Origin: Flavobacterium sp.
GTDB lineage: Bacteria > Bacteroidota > Bacteroidia > Flavobacteriales > Flavobacteriaceae
Length of the DNA stretch: 64,000 nt
Reading direction: 5' to 3'
NCBI GenBank assembly: GCA_049841115.1
Contig: JASGHQ010000008.1
Location: 1,073-65,072 of the forward strand
Part shown: piece after piece, positions 48,726 to 59,413 of the stretch
Layout: each line of letters opens with the position of its first letter
Numbering within the stretch: position 1 is the stretch's first letter
Translations under genes and position numbers: made by a program
Notes under the pieces: model-generated
Databases searched by the model: none
Told to the model about the DNA's origin: nothing
What the model saw: the letters and a program-made list of their open reading frames with translations, nothing else

Positions 48726-49082
48726 ATGGCAAATTTAGTAGATTTCGTTAACAACGAATTATCAACAAAGAAAGATTTCCCTGTTTTCGGAGCTGGTGAT
48801 ACAATCACAGTTTACTACGAAATTAAAGAGGGTGAAAAAACAAGAACTCAGTTTTTCAAAGGAGTTGTAATCCAAAGAAAAGGTGCAGGAATGACTGAAA
48901 CTTTTACAATCCGTAAAATGTCTGGAGCAGTTGGTGTAGAGCGTATCTTCCCGGTTAACATGCCAGCTTTGCAAAAAGTAGAAGTAAACCAAAGAGGTAA
49001 AGTTAGAAGAGCTCGTATTTTCTACTTCAGAGAACTTACTGGTAAAAAAGCAAAAATCAAAGAAAAAAGATATAAAAACTAA
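48726..49082 (+). CDS. rplS: 50S ribosomal protein L19
   Basis: FGAGDTITV, R.QFFKGVVI, FTIRKMSGAVGVERIFP, GKVRRARIFYFR. Confidence 0.98.
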   Translation: MANLVDFVNNELSTKKDFPVFGAGDTITVYYEIKEGEKTRTQFFKGVVIQRKGAGMTETFTIRKMSGAVGVERIFPVNMPALQKVEVNQRGKVRRARIFYFRELTGKKAKIKEKRYKN

Positions 49083-49101
49083 TATCGTATTTTCTGTACA
49101 T

Positions 49102-49134
49102 AAAAAAAGTCCCGAATTGTTCGGGACTTTTTTT
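49102..49134 (+). terminator. Rho-independent terminator
   Basis: AAAAAAAGTCCCGAA-ttg-TTCGGGACTTTTTTT. Confidence 0.85.
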
Positions 49135-49374
49135 ATTCTGTCAATTTAAATTCCATTTTTTGCCAAATCATTATTTTTTTAAACCTAAAATAACAATTTC
49201 ATAATTCAATCGATTTCGCCTCGGTCAGCGAGCAAATTTCTGTCATATTAATTATATTTGCTATCGCATTTGAAATTAAAAGGAGGACTGCCAGTGGCAG
49301 TCAGGTAACAAGCTTTAGCTTACTACAATCCGGACATTCTACAAATTAATTAAAACATAAAAAATCTCAACAAT

Positions 49375-50598
49375 ATGGCAAAAATTAAAGTAGCCAATCC
49401 AGTCGTAGAATTGGATGGCGATGAAATGACACGAATCATTTGGAGTTTCATTAAAGAACAGCTGATCCTTCCTTATTTAGATTTAGATATCAAATACTTC
49501 GACTTAGGAATTGAGCACAGGGAAGCAACCAAAGACCAGGTTACTATTGACTCAGCCGAAGCAATCAAAAAATACAACGTGGGCATCAAATGCGCTACCA
49601 TTACTCCGGATGAGGAAAGGGTAAAGGAATTCAACCTTTCTGAAATGTGGAAATCGCCAAACGGAACCATCCGTAATATTGTAGGCGGAACCGTTTTCCG
49701 TGAACCGATCATCATGAGCAATGTCCCTCGCTATGTTCAGGGCTGGACACAGCCAATCGTAATCGGGCGTCATGCGTTTGGAGATCAATACAAAGCCACG
49801 GATAAGGTTATCAAAGGTAAAGGGAAGCTGACAATGTCGTTTACCAATGAAGCCGGAGAAACCACAACCTGGGAAGTTTTCAACTTCAAGGGCGATGGTG
49901 TTGCGATGTCAATGTACAATACTGACGAAAGCATCTACGGATTTGCGCATTCTTCGTTCCAGATGGCTTTGACCAAAAAATGGCCTTTATACCTTTCGAC
50001 AAAAAATACTATTTTGAAGGCTTATGACGGGCGTTTCAAAGACATCTTCGAAGAAGTTTACCAACAACATTACAAAGCAGAGTTTGACAAAAACGGAATG
50101 GTTTACGAGCACCGTTTGATTGACGATATGGTGGCTTCAGCAATGAAATGGAGCGGCGGTTTTGTATGGGCCTGTAAAAATTATGACGGGGACGTTCAAT
50201 CGGATACCGTGGCACAAGGATTTGGCTCATTGGGATTGATGACTTCTGTCTTAGTAACTCCGGACGGAAAAACAGTTGAAGCTGAAGCAGCACACGGAAC
50301 CGTAACGCGCCACTACAGGATGCACCAGCAGGGAAAAGCAACTTCAACCAACCCTATAGCATCTATCTTTGCATGGACACGCGGATTGGAGCACAGAGGA
50401 AAATTAGACGGAAACCAGGAATTGATCAACTTCTGCAACGCTTTGGAGCAGGTTTGCATCGATACAGTGGAATCTGGGAAAATGACCAAAGACTTGGCAA
50501 TGCTTGTAAAACCGGAGGGTTTGACTGCAGACGATTACCTTACTACAGAAGGTTTCCTTGCAGCAATCAAAGAAAACCTGGACAAAAAATTGGCATAA
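49375..50598 (+). CDS. icd: NADP-dependent isocitrate dehydrogenase (eukaryote-like type II)
   Basis: [54 protein letters not shown]. Confidence 0.97.
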   Translation: MAKIKVANPVVELDGDEMTRIIWSFIKEQLILPYLDLDIKYFDLGIEHREATKDQVTIDSAEAIKKYNVGIKCATITPDEERVKEFNLSEMWKSPNGTIRNIVGGTVFREPIIMSNVPRYVQGWTQPIVIGRHAFGDQYKATDKVIKGKGKLTMSFTNEAGETTTWEVFNFKGDGVAMSMYNTDESIYGFAHSSFQMALTKKWPLYLSTKNTILKAYDGRFKDIFEEVYQQHYKAEFDKNGMVYEHRLIDDMVASAMKWSGGFVWACKNYDGDVQSDTVAQGFGSLGLMTSVLVTPDGKTVEAEAAHGTVTRHYRMHQQGKATSTNPIASIFAWTRGLEHRGKLDGNQELINFCNALEQVCIDTVESGKMTKDLAMLVKPEGLTADDYLTTEGFLAAIKENLDKKLA

Positions 50599-50619
50599 GC
50601 TCATTCCATTTATACTGAT

Positions 50620-50653
50620 AAAAAAAAGCGCTCCATTTTGGAGCGCTTTTTTT
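50620..50653. terminator. Bidirectional terminator
   Basis: AAAAAAAGCGCTCCA-ttt-TGGAGCGCTTTTTTT. Confidence 0.85.
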
Positions 50654-51344
50654 ATTCTTTTTTCTTCAGTTCGAGCTTTCCGCCGACAATCCGTTTTATT
50701 CTTACGATCGCCTTGTAGCCTTGGTTCAGGTTCCAGTTTTGATTGGTAACCAGCTTTTCATCCCCATCAAAAAAAGCAAACTGCCCGGTATTTGGGAAAA
50801 GCAAACCGGTATTCAATGCTTCTATCAATACTATATTCACTCCTTCCTTCATGTCAAATGAATATTTTTTAAAACCGTCTTCAAGATAAATTATCGGAAC
50901 AATCCTGTCGCCGTTTATCGTGATACTCACATTGTCGCCATCAATCTGACCATTATCACGGCAGGCTATGTATATTTTATCTGTATAAACATTAAACTCG
51001 CCATAAAAGAAATCCTTGTTCTCAACAGCGCTCTCCTGCCCTTCCGATTTCAATTGCCTATTCAATTTCTCGGCCTGGGGTTTCGCTTCGCTTTTGAATT
51101 CTTTTTCCTGCATGATCGGCTTTTCCTCTTCTTCTTTCTTCTTAAGCAAAGAAACTCCCGATAACAATTTGTCTTTTTTGTCAAAAATGCTAGGGTAATT
51201 TATTTCCTTGGTGCCTTTAGGTGCTACAGTTCCCTTGGGATCTGAAACCGGGGCAATGTTGATGGCCTTCTTCGGGGTCTCAAATTGCGAAAAACCTTTG
51301 AAAGAAATCAATGTTAAAAATAAAAAAGCACAAACCGCTTTCAT
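50652..51344 (-). CDS. Secreted hypothetical protein
   Basis: Signal peptide (GFS|Q); C-terminal beta-domain with DGDNVSI and ALNTG..PNT motifs. Confidence 0.7.
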   Translation of the reverse strand: MKAVCAFLFLTLISFKGFSQFETPKKAINIAPVSDPKGTVAPKGTKEINYPSIFDKKDKLLSGVSLLKKKEEEEKPIMQEKEFKSEAKPQAEKLNRQLKSEGQESAVENKDFFYGEFNVYTDKIYIACRDNGQIDGDNVSITINGDRIVPIIYLEDGFKKYSFDMKEGVNIVLIEALNTGLLFPNTGQFAFFDGDEKLVTNQNWNLNQGYKAIVRIKRIVGGKLELKKKE

Positions 51345-51537
51345 GCATATTAATTTAGGCTGTAAAAGTATTCAAAATCCCAGCAAAAATTGTTCCAAAT
51401 TAACCATAGATTAACAGATGCTTACGGGCAGAATTATCCGTCAAATCAAAAAAAATATATTTAATCCTACAATAAATTCCTTTTAAATGCGTTTTAGTTT
51501 ACAAATCAATATTTAAAATTATGGTAACATCAATTTC

Positions 51538-51561
51538 GTAACACTTCGCAGTTTCAATCGT
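51538..51561 (+). promoter_or_regulatory. Candidate ECF sigma promoter (GTAAC-N16-CGT)
   Basis: AAC and CGT boxes at 16-nt spacing, 37 nt upstream of the TonB-dependent receptor start. Confidence 0.4.
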
Positions 51562-51598
51562 CCAACGCAAAAAACAAAAAAAATCAACTCTAATCAAA

Positions 51599-53992
51599 AT
51601 GCAGAACACAATCATCCGGCTGTTGCTTTTAATGGTAACGACCTACTCTTTCTCACAAACAGAAAACAACGAACCCACAAAACAAAAATTCACTATCAGC
51701 GGCACCATTTCGGACTCAAAAACAAATGAAACACTAATCGGTGTCAACATTTTTATCCCCGAAACCAAAACCGGAATCACCACAAATGAATATGGATTTT
51801 ATTCCATTACTCTTCCCAAAGGAACTTATACTATCCAAATAAGTTATATGGGATACGAATTGGCTCAGGAAACCATTTCACTGACCAAGGACATCAAGAA
51901 AAACTTCCCAATGACCGAAAGCGGGCAGCAATTGGACGAAGTTGTAGTAAATTCGGAAAAAAAGGAAACCAACATCCGCAAGCCCGAAATGAGCGCCCAC
52001 AGGCTTTCATCGGCAACCATCAAAAAAATACCGGTAGTCATGGGAGAAGTCGATGTGCTTAGGGCATTGCTGACTTTACCCGGCGTTACCAATGCCGGCG
52101 AAGGACAATCGGGCTTTAACGTTCGTGGCGGTGGCGCAGACCAGAATTTGATTTTGCTTGATGAAGCGACAATCTTCAATTCATCGCACGTTTTTGGCTT
52201 CTTTTCGGTATTCAATCCGGATGCGATCAAGGATTTAAAACTGTATAAAGGCGGTATCCCTTCGCGTTATGGCGGAAGGGTTTCCTCTGTTTTGGATATT
52301 TACCAAAAAGACGGAAACAGCAATAAATTCAGCATGAACGGCGGTATCGGGATTATCTCGAGCCGTTTGTTGGCCGAAGGCCCGATCGTAAAAGACAAAG
52401 GTTCGTTCCTTTTTGCCGGCCGCGCTTCGTATGCGCATTTGTTCCTGAAACTTACCGACAATAAAAGCTCGGCCTATTTCTATGACCTAAATACCAAAAT
52501 GAACTACAAGCTCAATCCGAATAACAATTTGTTTCTCTCGGGTTATTTTGGGCGCGACTTCTTCAGCCTGAACGACAGTTTTGTAAACACTTACGGAAAT
52601 GCCACACTGAATCTGCGCTGGAATCATTTGTTTTCAGACAAACTGTTTTCCAATCTTTCCCTGATCTACAGTGATTATTATTATGGGTTGGATTTGAATT
52701 TGCTGAATTTCCAATGGAATTCGGGCATAAAAAATTATAATGTTAAATACGATTTCAAACATTACGTTACCGACAAAGTAAAACTGAATTATGGTGTAAG
52801 CGGAATTTACTACGATTTCAATCCGGGAACCATTGAACCGTCAGGAAGCGATTCGGGGATCAATTACAAGCAGCTCGAAAAGAAATTTGCCTTTGAGCCA
52901 TCGGTTTACATCGATGCAGAGCAAAAAATATCCGATAAAATCTCACTTTCTTACGGTTTGCGCTTCAGTGCCTTCTATCGCTTAGGAAGCTCCACTGTGA
53001 ATCTTTACCAAAACGACCAGGCGGTAGTTTTCAATGACGAACTGCAGATTTACGAAAAAGGAACGCCAATCGATACACGCCATTATGGAAGCAATGCCGT
53101 TATGGAAACTTTCAACAACTTCGAACCTAGGTTTGCCGCTGCTTATCAGCTGAATGAAAACCAGTCGGTAAAAGTGAGCTACAACCGCATGGCACAGTAT
53201 TTACAATTGATATCCAACACCGCATCGCCTACACCTTTGGATGTCTGGACACCAAGCGACAAATACATCAAGCCACAAATTGCCGATCAGGTAGCTTTGG
53301 GCTATTTCAAAAACTTCAAAAACAATGAATATTCATTGGAAGTGGAAAGTTTCTTCAAGAAAATCAAAAATCGCCTCGACTATATTGACGGCGCCGACCT
53401 GATTGCCAACGAAGCCATCGAACAGGTGGTATTAAATGGAGAAATGAGGGCTTACGGTTTGGAAGTCCTATTGCGTAAAAATACCGGCAGGCTAAACGGC
53501 TGGATTTCGTATACACTTTCAAAATCGGAACAAAGGACTCCGGGAAGAACTGCTGCTGAAACCGGAATCAACAACGGGAACTGGTATAGCTCGGGTTATG
53601 ACAAAACACATAACCTATCGGTCACCGGGTCATATAATTACAGTAAAAAATGGACCTACGGAGCCAATTTCGTCCTGCAGACCGGCCAGCCCGTAACCTA
53701 TCCGAACGGATATTACGAATACGGCGGCATTATGGTCCCGAGTTATGGCACGCGTAACGCAGACCGGCTTCCGGCTTACCATCATTTAGACCTTTCAGCA
53801 ACCTATACGCCTAAACCCGATAAGAAAAAAGGCTGGCAGAGCGAATGGGTTTTCAGCTTGTACAATGTGTATGGCCGTAAAAATGCTGCATCGATCACGT
53901 TCCGCCAAAACGAAACCACGGCTGTCAATGAGGCTGTCCGCTTATCTATTTTCGGTATCGTGCCGGGAATTAGCTATAATTTTAAATTCTAA
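51599..53992 (+). CDS. TonB-dependent receptor with N-terminal carboxypeptidase-regulatory-like domain
   Basis: ISGTISD...ETLIGV, LPGVTNAGEG..GFNVRGG, YKGGIPSRYGGR, C-terminal YNFKF. Confidence 0.93.
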   Translation: MQNTIIRLLLLMVTTYSFSQTENNEPTKQKFTISGTISDSKTNETLIGVNIFIPETKTGITTNEYGFYSITLPKGTYTIQISYMGYELAQETISLTKDIKKNFPMTESGQQLDEVVVNSEKKETNIRKPEMSAHRLSSATIKKIPVVMGEVDVLRALLTLPGVTNAGEGQSGFNVRGGGADQNLILLDEATIFNSSHVFGFFSVFNPDAIKDLKLYKGGIPSRYGGRVSSVLDIYQKDGNSNKFSMNGGIGIISSRLLAEGPIVKDKGSFLFAGRASYAHLFLKLTDNKSSAYFYDLNTKMNYKLNPNNNLFLSGYFGRDFFSLNDSFVNTYGNATLNLRWNHLFSDKLFSNLSLIYSDYYYGLDLNLLNFQWNSGIKNYNVKYDFKHYVTDKVKLNYGVSGIYYDFNPGTIEPSGSDSGINYKQLEKKFAFEPSVYIDAEQKISDKISLSYGLRFSAFYRLGSSTVNLYQNDQAVVFNDELQIYEKGTPIDTRHYGSNAVMETFNNFEPRFAAAYQLNENQSVKVSYNRMAQYLQLISNTASPTPLDVWTPSDKYIKPQIADQVALGYFKNFKNNEYSLEVESFFKKIKNRLDYIDGADLIANEAIEQVVLNGEMRAYGLEVLLRKNTGRLNGWISYTLSKSEQRTPGRTAAETGINNGNWYSSGYDKTHNLSVTGSYNYSKKWTYGANFVLQTGQPVTYPNGYYEYGGIMVPSYGTRNADRLPAYHHLDLSATYTPKPDKKKGWQSEWVFSLYNVYGRKNAASITFRQNETTAVNEAVRLSIFGIVPGISYNFKF

Positions 53993-53996
53993 TATC

Positions 53997-54824
53997 ATGA
54001 GCAAATTATATAAAATCATATCCCTTTTTGTTTTCGCCATAATAGCATCAGGTTGCGAAGACGTTGTAGATGTAAACCTTGAAACCGCCGCACCAAGACT
54101 GGTCATCGATGGCCAGATCCAATGGCTGAAAGGAACTACTGGCAACGAACAGAAAATCAAGCTCAGCACGACGACCGGTTTTTACAATCCGAATATCCCG
54201 ACGGTTTCGGGAGCTACGGTTTTTGTGACCAGCAGCGACAATGTGGTATTCAATTTTACTGAAGAAGTGGCCAATTCGGGTTTGTACCTGTGCCACAATT
54301 TCGTCCCTGAAATCGATAAAACCTATGTATTGACAGTAAACCTGAACGGGCAGACCTATACGGCAACTGAAACCTTGAAAAGTGTTTCACCCATCAGCCA
54401 TATCGAGCAAACCAATGATGGCGGATTTGGCGGTGATGAAATCGAAATCAAGACCTATTATAACGATCCGGCAATCGCAAACAATTATTATATGTTCCGG
54501 TATAAGGCCAGCAGCCTTGCGATTCCGTATTACAGTGTGGATGAGGATGAATTTTTCCAGGGAAATGAATTCTTCAATTACTTTTCGCATGAGGACCTAA
54601 AAAGCGGTGACATTGTTGACATTACAATCTATGGCATTTCCAAACGCTATTACGAATACATGAACAAGCTCATCCTTATTTCTGAAGGTGGCGGTGGCGG
54701 GCCATTTGGCACCACACCGGCAACCGTTCGCGGCAACATTATCAACCAGACGGACAGCTCAAATTATGCTTTGGGCTATTTTAGCCTGGCGGAAACGGAT
54801 TTCAGGAATTATGTGATTGAGTAA
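53997..54824 (+). CDS. DUF4249 domain lipoprotein (TBDR partner)
   Basis: Lipobox ASGC-EDVVD; PRLVIDG, GNIIN..., YALGYF; start ATG 53997. Confidence 0.87.
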   Translation: MSKLYKIISLFVFAIIASGCEDVVDVNLETAAPRLVIDGQIQWLKGTTGNEQKIKLSTTTGFYNPNIPTVSGATVFVTSSDNVVFNFTEEVANSGLYLCHNFVPEIDKTYVLTVNLNGQTYTATETLKSVSPISHIEQTNDGGFGGDEIEIKTYYNDPAIANNYYMFRYKASSLAIPYYSVDEDEFFQGNEFFNYFSHEDLKSGDIVDITIYGISKRYYEYMNKLILISEGGGGGPFGTTPATVRGNIINQTDSSNYALGYFSLAETDFRNYVIE

Positions 54825-54846
54825 CAATTGTTGAGTGAAGATTAAC

Positions 54847-54920
54847 GATTTTAGATTTCGGAAGTTAGGAATTAAGTTAACAATATTGCTAAATTTACAC
54901 TCATTCTGAAATCTAAAATC
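54847..54920. repeat. Heptamer-based inverted repeat
   Basis: GATTTTAGATTTC (54847-54859) pairs with GAAATCTAAAATC (54908-54920), followed by further AATCTAA-like units. Confidence 0.6.
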
Positions 54921-54944
54921 TGCAATCTAAATTCTAAACTTACA

Positions 54945-55607
54945 ATGTCTTCACACCACATCGTCCGAGACGACCAGGAACCTGCTTTGATTATTGCCAA
55001 TGGCGAAGCCTGCAGCATGGAATTGCTTGGCCAGCTGCTCGAATGGTCGCCTTTGGTGATTGTCCTTGATTCGGCTATCGAACGTGTTTTGGAACTCGGA
55101 ATCAAAGTGGATGTGCTTTTGGGTGATTTTGACCGTGGTTTTGATGCAGCCCATTACAAGGAAAAGCAATATCCGCTGGAAATTGTCCATACGCCCAATC
55201 AGGAGAAAACCGATCTCGAAAAGGCTTTTGATTATCTTATCGAAAAAGGCCACAAAGCCGCAAATGTGATTTGGGCTACCGGACGCCGTGCCGACCATAC
55301 GATAACCAACCTGACAAATATAGTTGCCTACCGGAATACTTTGAAAATCGTCATTCTTGATGACCATTCAAAAGTATTTTTGCTGCCCAATTCTTTTGAA
55401 AAATGGTACACGTCAAATACGATTTTGTCGTTGATTCCGATTGGAAAAGTTTCAGGCATACATACTAAAAACCTCTTTTATCCGTTACACAATGAAGACC
55501 TGACCATCGGTTACCGAACCGGAAGCAGCAACCATGTTACCGAAGACGGAATGGTTTCGATAACCCACAATAGCGGCGATTTGCTGCTGATGGAATGTTG
55601 GGATTAA
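54945..55607 (+). CDS. thiN: Thiamine diphosphokinase
   Basis: ANG, DSAI, DVLLGDFD, NQEKTDLEKA, GRRADH, NLFYPL, SSN. Confidence 0.92.
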   Translation: MSSHHIVRDDQEPALIIANGEACSMELLGQLLEWSPLVIVLDSAIERVLELGIKVDVLLGDFDRGFDAAHYKEKQYPLEIVHTPNQEKTDLEKAFDYLIEKGHKAANVIWATGRRADHTITNLTNIVAYRNTLKIVILDDHSKVFLLPNSFEKWYTSNTILSLIPIGKVSGIHTKNLFYPLHNEDLTIGYRTGSSNHVTEDGMVSITHNSGDLLLMECWD

Positions 55608-55618
55608 ATTTTTGCCAA

Positions 55619-56062
55619 ATGAAAAACAAGAGTGTTTTTTTTGTTATTTTATTATCTCTCACAATAATATTATTTCTGGTAAATCCCATTTCTTTTGATT
55701 ATGCGACTTCGGTAGTTCCGGGCTGGCATACGACAGTTTATCCCCCATTTACTTCAGCATCTATTCTTATTCTTTTCCTTTTGGGGCTTGATGTTTTTAT
55801 TTATTCAAAGATCGGCAAAACAAAAAACGCATTTTTAAAAAAGGTTGTAGTAATCCACTTTTTTGTTTCAACTGTCATAGCCCTGCTCCTTCGCTATCCT
55901 GAGATTTATTTCAATCAGGCAGAAAATATTGAGTCCGTAATGATTTACATTATAGATATGTTTAAATTTATTTTCATGGCTTTTGTGGTTTTGCAGTTTT
56001 CCTATTTTATTTACATACTAATCATTCTTTCAAAACCAAGACTATCAAATGAACAATCCTAA
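55619..56062 (+). CDS. AT-rich hypothetical membrane protein
   Basis: Start taken at ATG 55619; about four TM segments; [13 protein letters not shown] motif. Confidence 0.6.
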   Translation: MKNKSVFFVILLSLTIILFLVNPISFDYATSVVPGWHTTVYPPFTSASILILFLLGLDVFIYSKIGKTKNAFLKKVVVIHFFVSTVIALLLRYPEIYFNQAENIESVMIYIIDMFKFIFMAFVVLQFSYFIYILIILSKPRLSNEQS

Positions 56063-56633
56063 AGTAGAAATCCTAAAAACCGAAGTCCTTTCAGACAACT
56101 GGTACACGCTCAGAAAAGTAACCTATAATTACCAAAAGAAAGACGGCAGTTGGGAAACCCAATCACGTGAAGCCTATGACCGTGGCAATGGCGCTACCAT
56201 TTTGCTTTACAACAAAAATTCCAAGACCGTAATCCTGACACAGCAATTCCGTTTACCGACTTATGTCAACGGCAATGGAACCGGCATGATGATTGAAGCC
56301 TGCGCCGGGTTACTGGACAAAGACAATCCGGAAGAATGCATCCGCCGCGAAACCGAAGAGGAAACGGGCTATAAGGTTTCTGCGGTGCAAAAGCTATTTG
56401 AAGTATACATGTCGCCGGGTTCTGTGACCGAAATCGTATATTTCTTTGCCGCCGAATACACCAAAGACATGAAAGTCAGTGAAGGTGGCGGTGTGGCTGA
56501 TGAACACGAAAACATTGAAGTTTTAGAATACGATTTTGACAAAGCCTATGCAATGATCGCTTCGGGTCAGATCAGGGATGCAAAAACAATCATGCTGCTG
56601 CAATATGCTAAGATTAACGGATTATTAGCATAA
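56049..56633 (+). CDS. nudK: GDP-mannose pyrophosphatase NudK (NUDIX)
   Basis: [60 protein letters not shown]. Confidence 0.9.
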   Translation: MNNPKVEILKTEVLSDNWYTLRKVTYNYQKKDGSWETQSREAYDRGNGATILLYNKNSKTVILTQQFRLPTYVNGNGTGMMIEACAGLLDKDNPEECIRRETEEETGYKVSAVQKLFEVYMSPGSVTEIVYFFAAEYTKDMKVSEGGGVADEHENIEVLEYDFDKAYAMIASGQIRDAKTIMLLQYAKINGLLA

Positions 56634-56731
56634 TTCGGCAACAGGAAAACGCTAAAAACTTAGTAACTTAGCTACTCAGACCCGAACATGAAAATGCGAA
56701 TAGAACGAAATCAAACTCAGCAACTCAAAAA

Positions 56732-58723
56732 ATGAAATTCCAAGTCATCTCCGATTATAAGCCTACCGGCGACCAACCTCAGGCCATTGAAAAACTCTCG
56801 AACGGAATCATCAATGGGGAAAAATTTCAGACTTTACTCGGTGTTACAGGATCCGGAAAAACATTTACCGTTGCCAATGTAGTACAGAATGTAGACAAAC
56901 CGACATTGGTACTGGCACATAATAAAACCCTGGCAGCCCAGCTGTATTCCGAATTCAAACAGTTTTTCCCTAACAATTCGGTGCAGTATTTTGTTTCGTA
57001 TTACGACTACTATCAGCCCGAGGCCTTTATTCCTGTAACCGGAACGTATATCGAAAAGGATCTGTCCATTAATGACGAATTGGAAAAACTGCGTTTGAGC
57101 ACCACTTCTGCCCTGCTTTCGGGACGTCGTGACATTATTGTGGTTTCTTCGGTTTCGTGCCTATACGGTATTGGAAATCCTGTGGAATTTCAAAAAAATG
57201 TGGTTTCTATTGCCAAAAACGAAATCATTTCCCGTACCAAATTGCTGCATCGCCTGGTGCAGAGCTTGTATTCCAGGACCGAAGCCGATTTTACACCCGG
57301 AACCTTCCGCATCAAAGGCGATACTGTTGATATTTTCCCAAGTTATGCAGATGAACCTTACCGCGTGCATTTTTTTGGAGATGAAATTGAGGAAATCGAA
57401 TCTTTTGATGCCAAGACTTCAAAGGTTCTGGAGCGCTACAGCAAACTGAATATCTATCCGGCCAATATGTTTGTGACTTCGCCTGATGTTTTGCAATCGG
57501 CCATCTGGGAAATCCAGCAGGACCTGGTGAAACAAGTGGATTACTTCAAGGAAATCGGCAAGCATCTGGAAGCAAAACGTTTGGAAGAGCGTACCAATTT
57601 TGATTTGGAGATGATCCGCGAATTGGGTTATTGTTCCGGGATTGAAAATTACTCCCGTTACCTTGACCGACGGCTTCCGGGAACGCGCCCGTTCTGTTTG
57701 CTGGATTATTTTCCAAATGACTATCTCATGGTAGTTGACGAAAGCCATGTAACCATTTCCCAGGTACACGCCATGTATGGCGGGGATAGAAGCAGAAAGG
57801 AAAACCTGGTGGAATACGGTTTCAGGTTACCAGCTGCCATGGACAACCGCCCATTGAAGTTTGAAGAGTTTGAATCGATGCAGAACCAGGTCATTTATGT
57901 TTCGGCCACACCGGCTGATTATGAATTGGAAAAAAGCGAAGGGATTTATGTAGAACAGGTCATCCGCCCAACAGGTTTGCTCGATCCGGTTATAGAAATC
58001 CGCCCAAGCCTGAACCAGATTGATGATTTGATCGAAGAGATACAGGTACGCTGTGAAGCCGACGAGCGCGTTTTGGTAACCACTTTAACCAAACGTATGG
58101 CTGAGGAATTGACCAAGTATTTAACCAAAGTTTCTATCCGGTGCCGCTATATCCATTCGGATGTCGATACTTTGGAACGGGTCGAGATCATGCAGGACCT
58201 TAGAAAAGGTTTGTTTGACGTACTGATTGGGGTTAACCTGCTTAGGGAAGGGCTCGATCTGCCTGAAGTTTCACTGGTTGCCATACTTGATGCCGATAAG
58301 GAAGGGTTCCTCCGCAGCCATCGTTCATTGGTACAAACCGTAGGAAGAGCCGCCAGAAACGTAAACGGAAAGGCAATCATGTATGCCGATAAAATTACGG
58401 CCAGCATGCAAAAAACCATAGATGATACCAATTACCGCCGCGAAAAACAGATGGCATATAATATTGCAAACAATATCGAGCCGCAGGCGTTGAAAAAAAG
58501 CCTTGGAAGCGCATTGGGCAACAACTCGGTATCGACAAAATATTTTGAAGATAAGATTGCGAAAGCTGCCGAGCCCGAAAGTTTATACCTGTCAAAGCCT
58601 GAAATAGAAAAGAAAATCCGCGATACCCGGAAAGCGATGGAAAAAGCAGCCAAAGAGCTTGATTTCATGCAGGCAGCCAGGCTTCGTGACGAGATTCAGG
58701 CATTACAGGAGAGGATTTCATAA
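56732..58723 (+). CDS. uvrB: Excinuclease ABC subunit B
   Basis: GDQPQAI, GVTGSGKT, HNKTLAAQL, YYDYYQPEA, DESH, NLLREGLD, GRAARN, C-terminal UVR domain. Confidence 0.99.
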   Translation: MKFQVISDYKPTGDQPQAIEKLSNGIINGEKFQTLLGVTGSGKTFTVANVVQNVDKPTLVLAHNKTLAAQLYSEFKQFFPNNSVQYFVSYYDYYQPEAFIPVTGTYIEKDLSINDELEKLRLSTTSALLSGRRDIIVVSSVSCLYGIGNPVEFQKNVVSIAKNEIISRTKLLHRLVQSLYSRTEADFTPGTFRIKGDTVDIFPSYADEPYRVHFFGDEIEEIESFDAKTSKVLERYSKLNIYPANMFVTSPDVLQSAIWEIQQDLVKQVDYFKEIGKHLEAKRLEERTNFDLEMIRELGYCSGIENYSRYLDRRLPGTRPFCLLDYFPNDYLMVVDESHVTISQVHAMYGGDRSRKENLVEYGFRLPAAMDNRPLKFEEFESMQNQVIYVSATPADYELEKSEGIYVEQVIRPTGLLDPVIEIRPSLNQIDDLIEEIQVRCEADERVLVTTLTKRMAEELTKYLTKVSIRCRYIHSDVDTLERVEIMQDLRKGLFDVLIGVNLLREGLDLPEVSLVAILDADKEGFLRSHRSLVQTVGRAARNVNGKAIMYADKITASMQKTIDDTNYRREKQMAYNIANNIEPQALKKSLGSALGNNSVSTKYFEDKIAKAAEPESLYLSKPEIEKKIRDTRKAMEKAAKELDFMQAARLRDEIQALQERIS

Positions 58724-58751
58724 AATTTAAAACCAACATTACGCAAAAAAA

Positions 58752-59408
58752 ATGAAATTACTTTTCCTGCTTATTATCCCGTCAATTTGTTTTTCTCAAA
58801 ACAGCTACACAAAATTGACAAAACTGACAAAAAGCGAGTTTGAAAAAGCGGTCAATGACAGTATTGCAAAACTGGATACTCCTGAATTAAACACTTTTTT
58901 AACAACCCTTAAAAACAGTTACAAAACAGACATAAAGCCTTTCAGCAATAAGCTTATCAATAAATTTGAGAATACCAGCGGGCAGCTGGAAATGCATTCC
59001 TTATTGCAATTGCTGCTTGATTTGAAAACTGATACTGCAGCTGTAGAAAATATACTGAATAATAGAAAAGAGGTTTGGGACAACGGGCAATGGGCTGAGA
59101 AATTCTGGAAAACCATCCGGCAGAACAAGCTGAAAGTTAAAGAAGGTAGCTATTATACAGTGGATGCCACAGGGCAAAAAAGATACAACTTAAGATTATT
59201 TTTGGAAGATAAGGTCGCCAATAATGAAATCGGCGCTACTCCGCTACTATTCATTAACAGCACTTTGACCGATTTTCCGATCAACCAGCTTTATGAAACC
59301 CTGCAAAAGCTGGACATAAAAGACATCAGCATAATCCCAATTGACAAAAGCATTGATTTATTTGGGAGCAAGGGTACAGATGGGATGCTAAAAGTATTGA
59401 CCCGATAA
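58752..59408 (+). CDS. Secreted hypothetical protein
   Basis: Signal peptide (CFS|Q); C-terminal SI.IIP...IDLFG.KG.DGMLKV resembles a plug-like motif. Confidence 0.65.
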   Translation: MKLLFLLIIPSICFSQNSYTKLTKLTKSEFEKAVNDSIAKLDTPELNTFLTTLKNSYKTDIKPFSNKLINKFENTSGQLEMHSLLQLLLDLKTDTAAVENILNNRKEVWDNGQWAEKFWKTIRQNKLKVKEGSYYTVDATGQKRYNLRLFLEDKVANNEIGATPLLFINSTLTDFPINQLYETLQKLDIKDISIIPIDKSIDLFGSKGTDGMLKVLTR

Positions 59409-59413
59409 ATGGC

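Noticed and set aside
49281-49286. AGGAGG Shine-Dalgarno-like sequence upstream of icd
   Set aside because: About 90 nt from the start codon, and Bacteroidota generally do not use SD pairing
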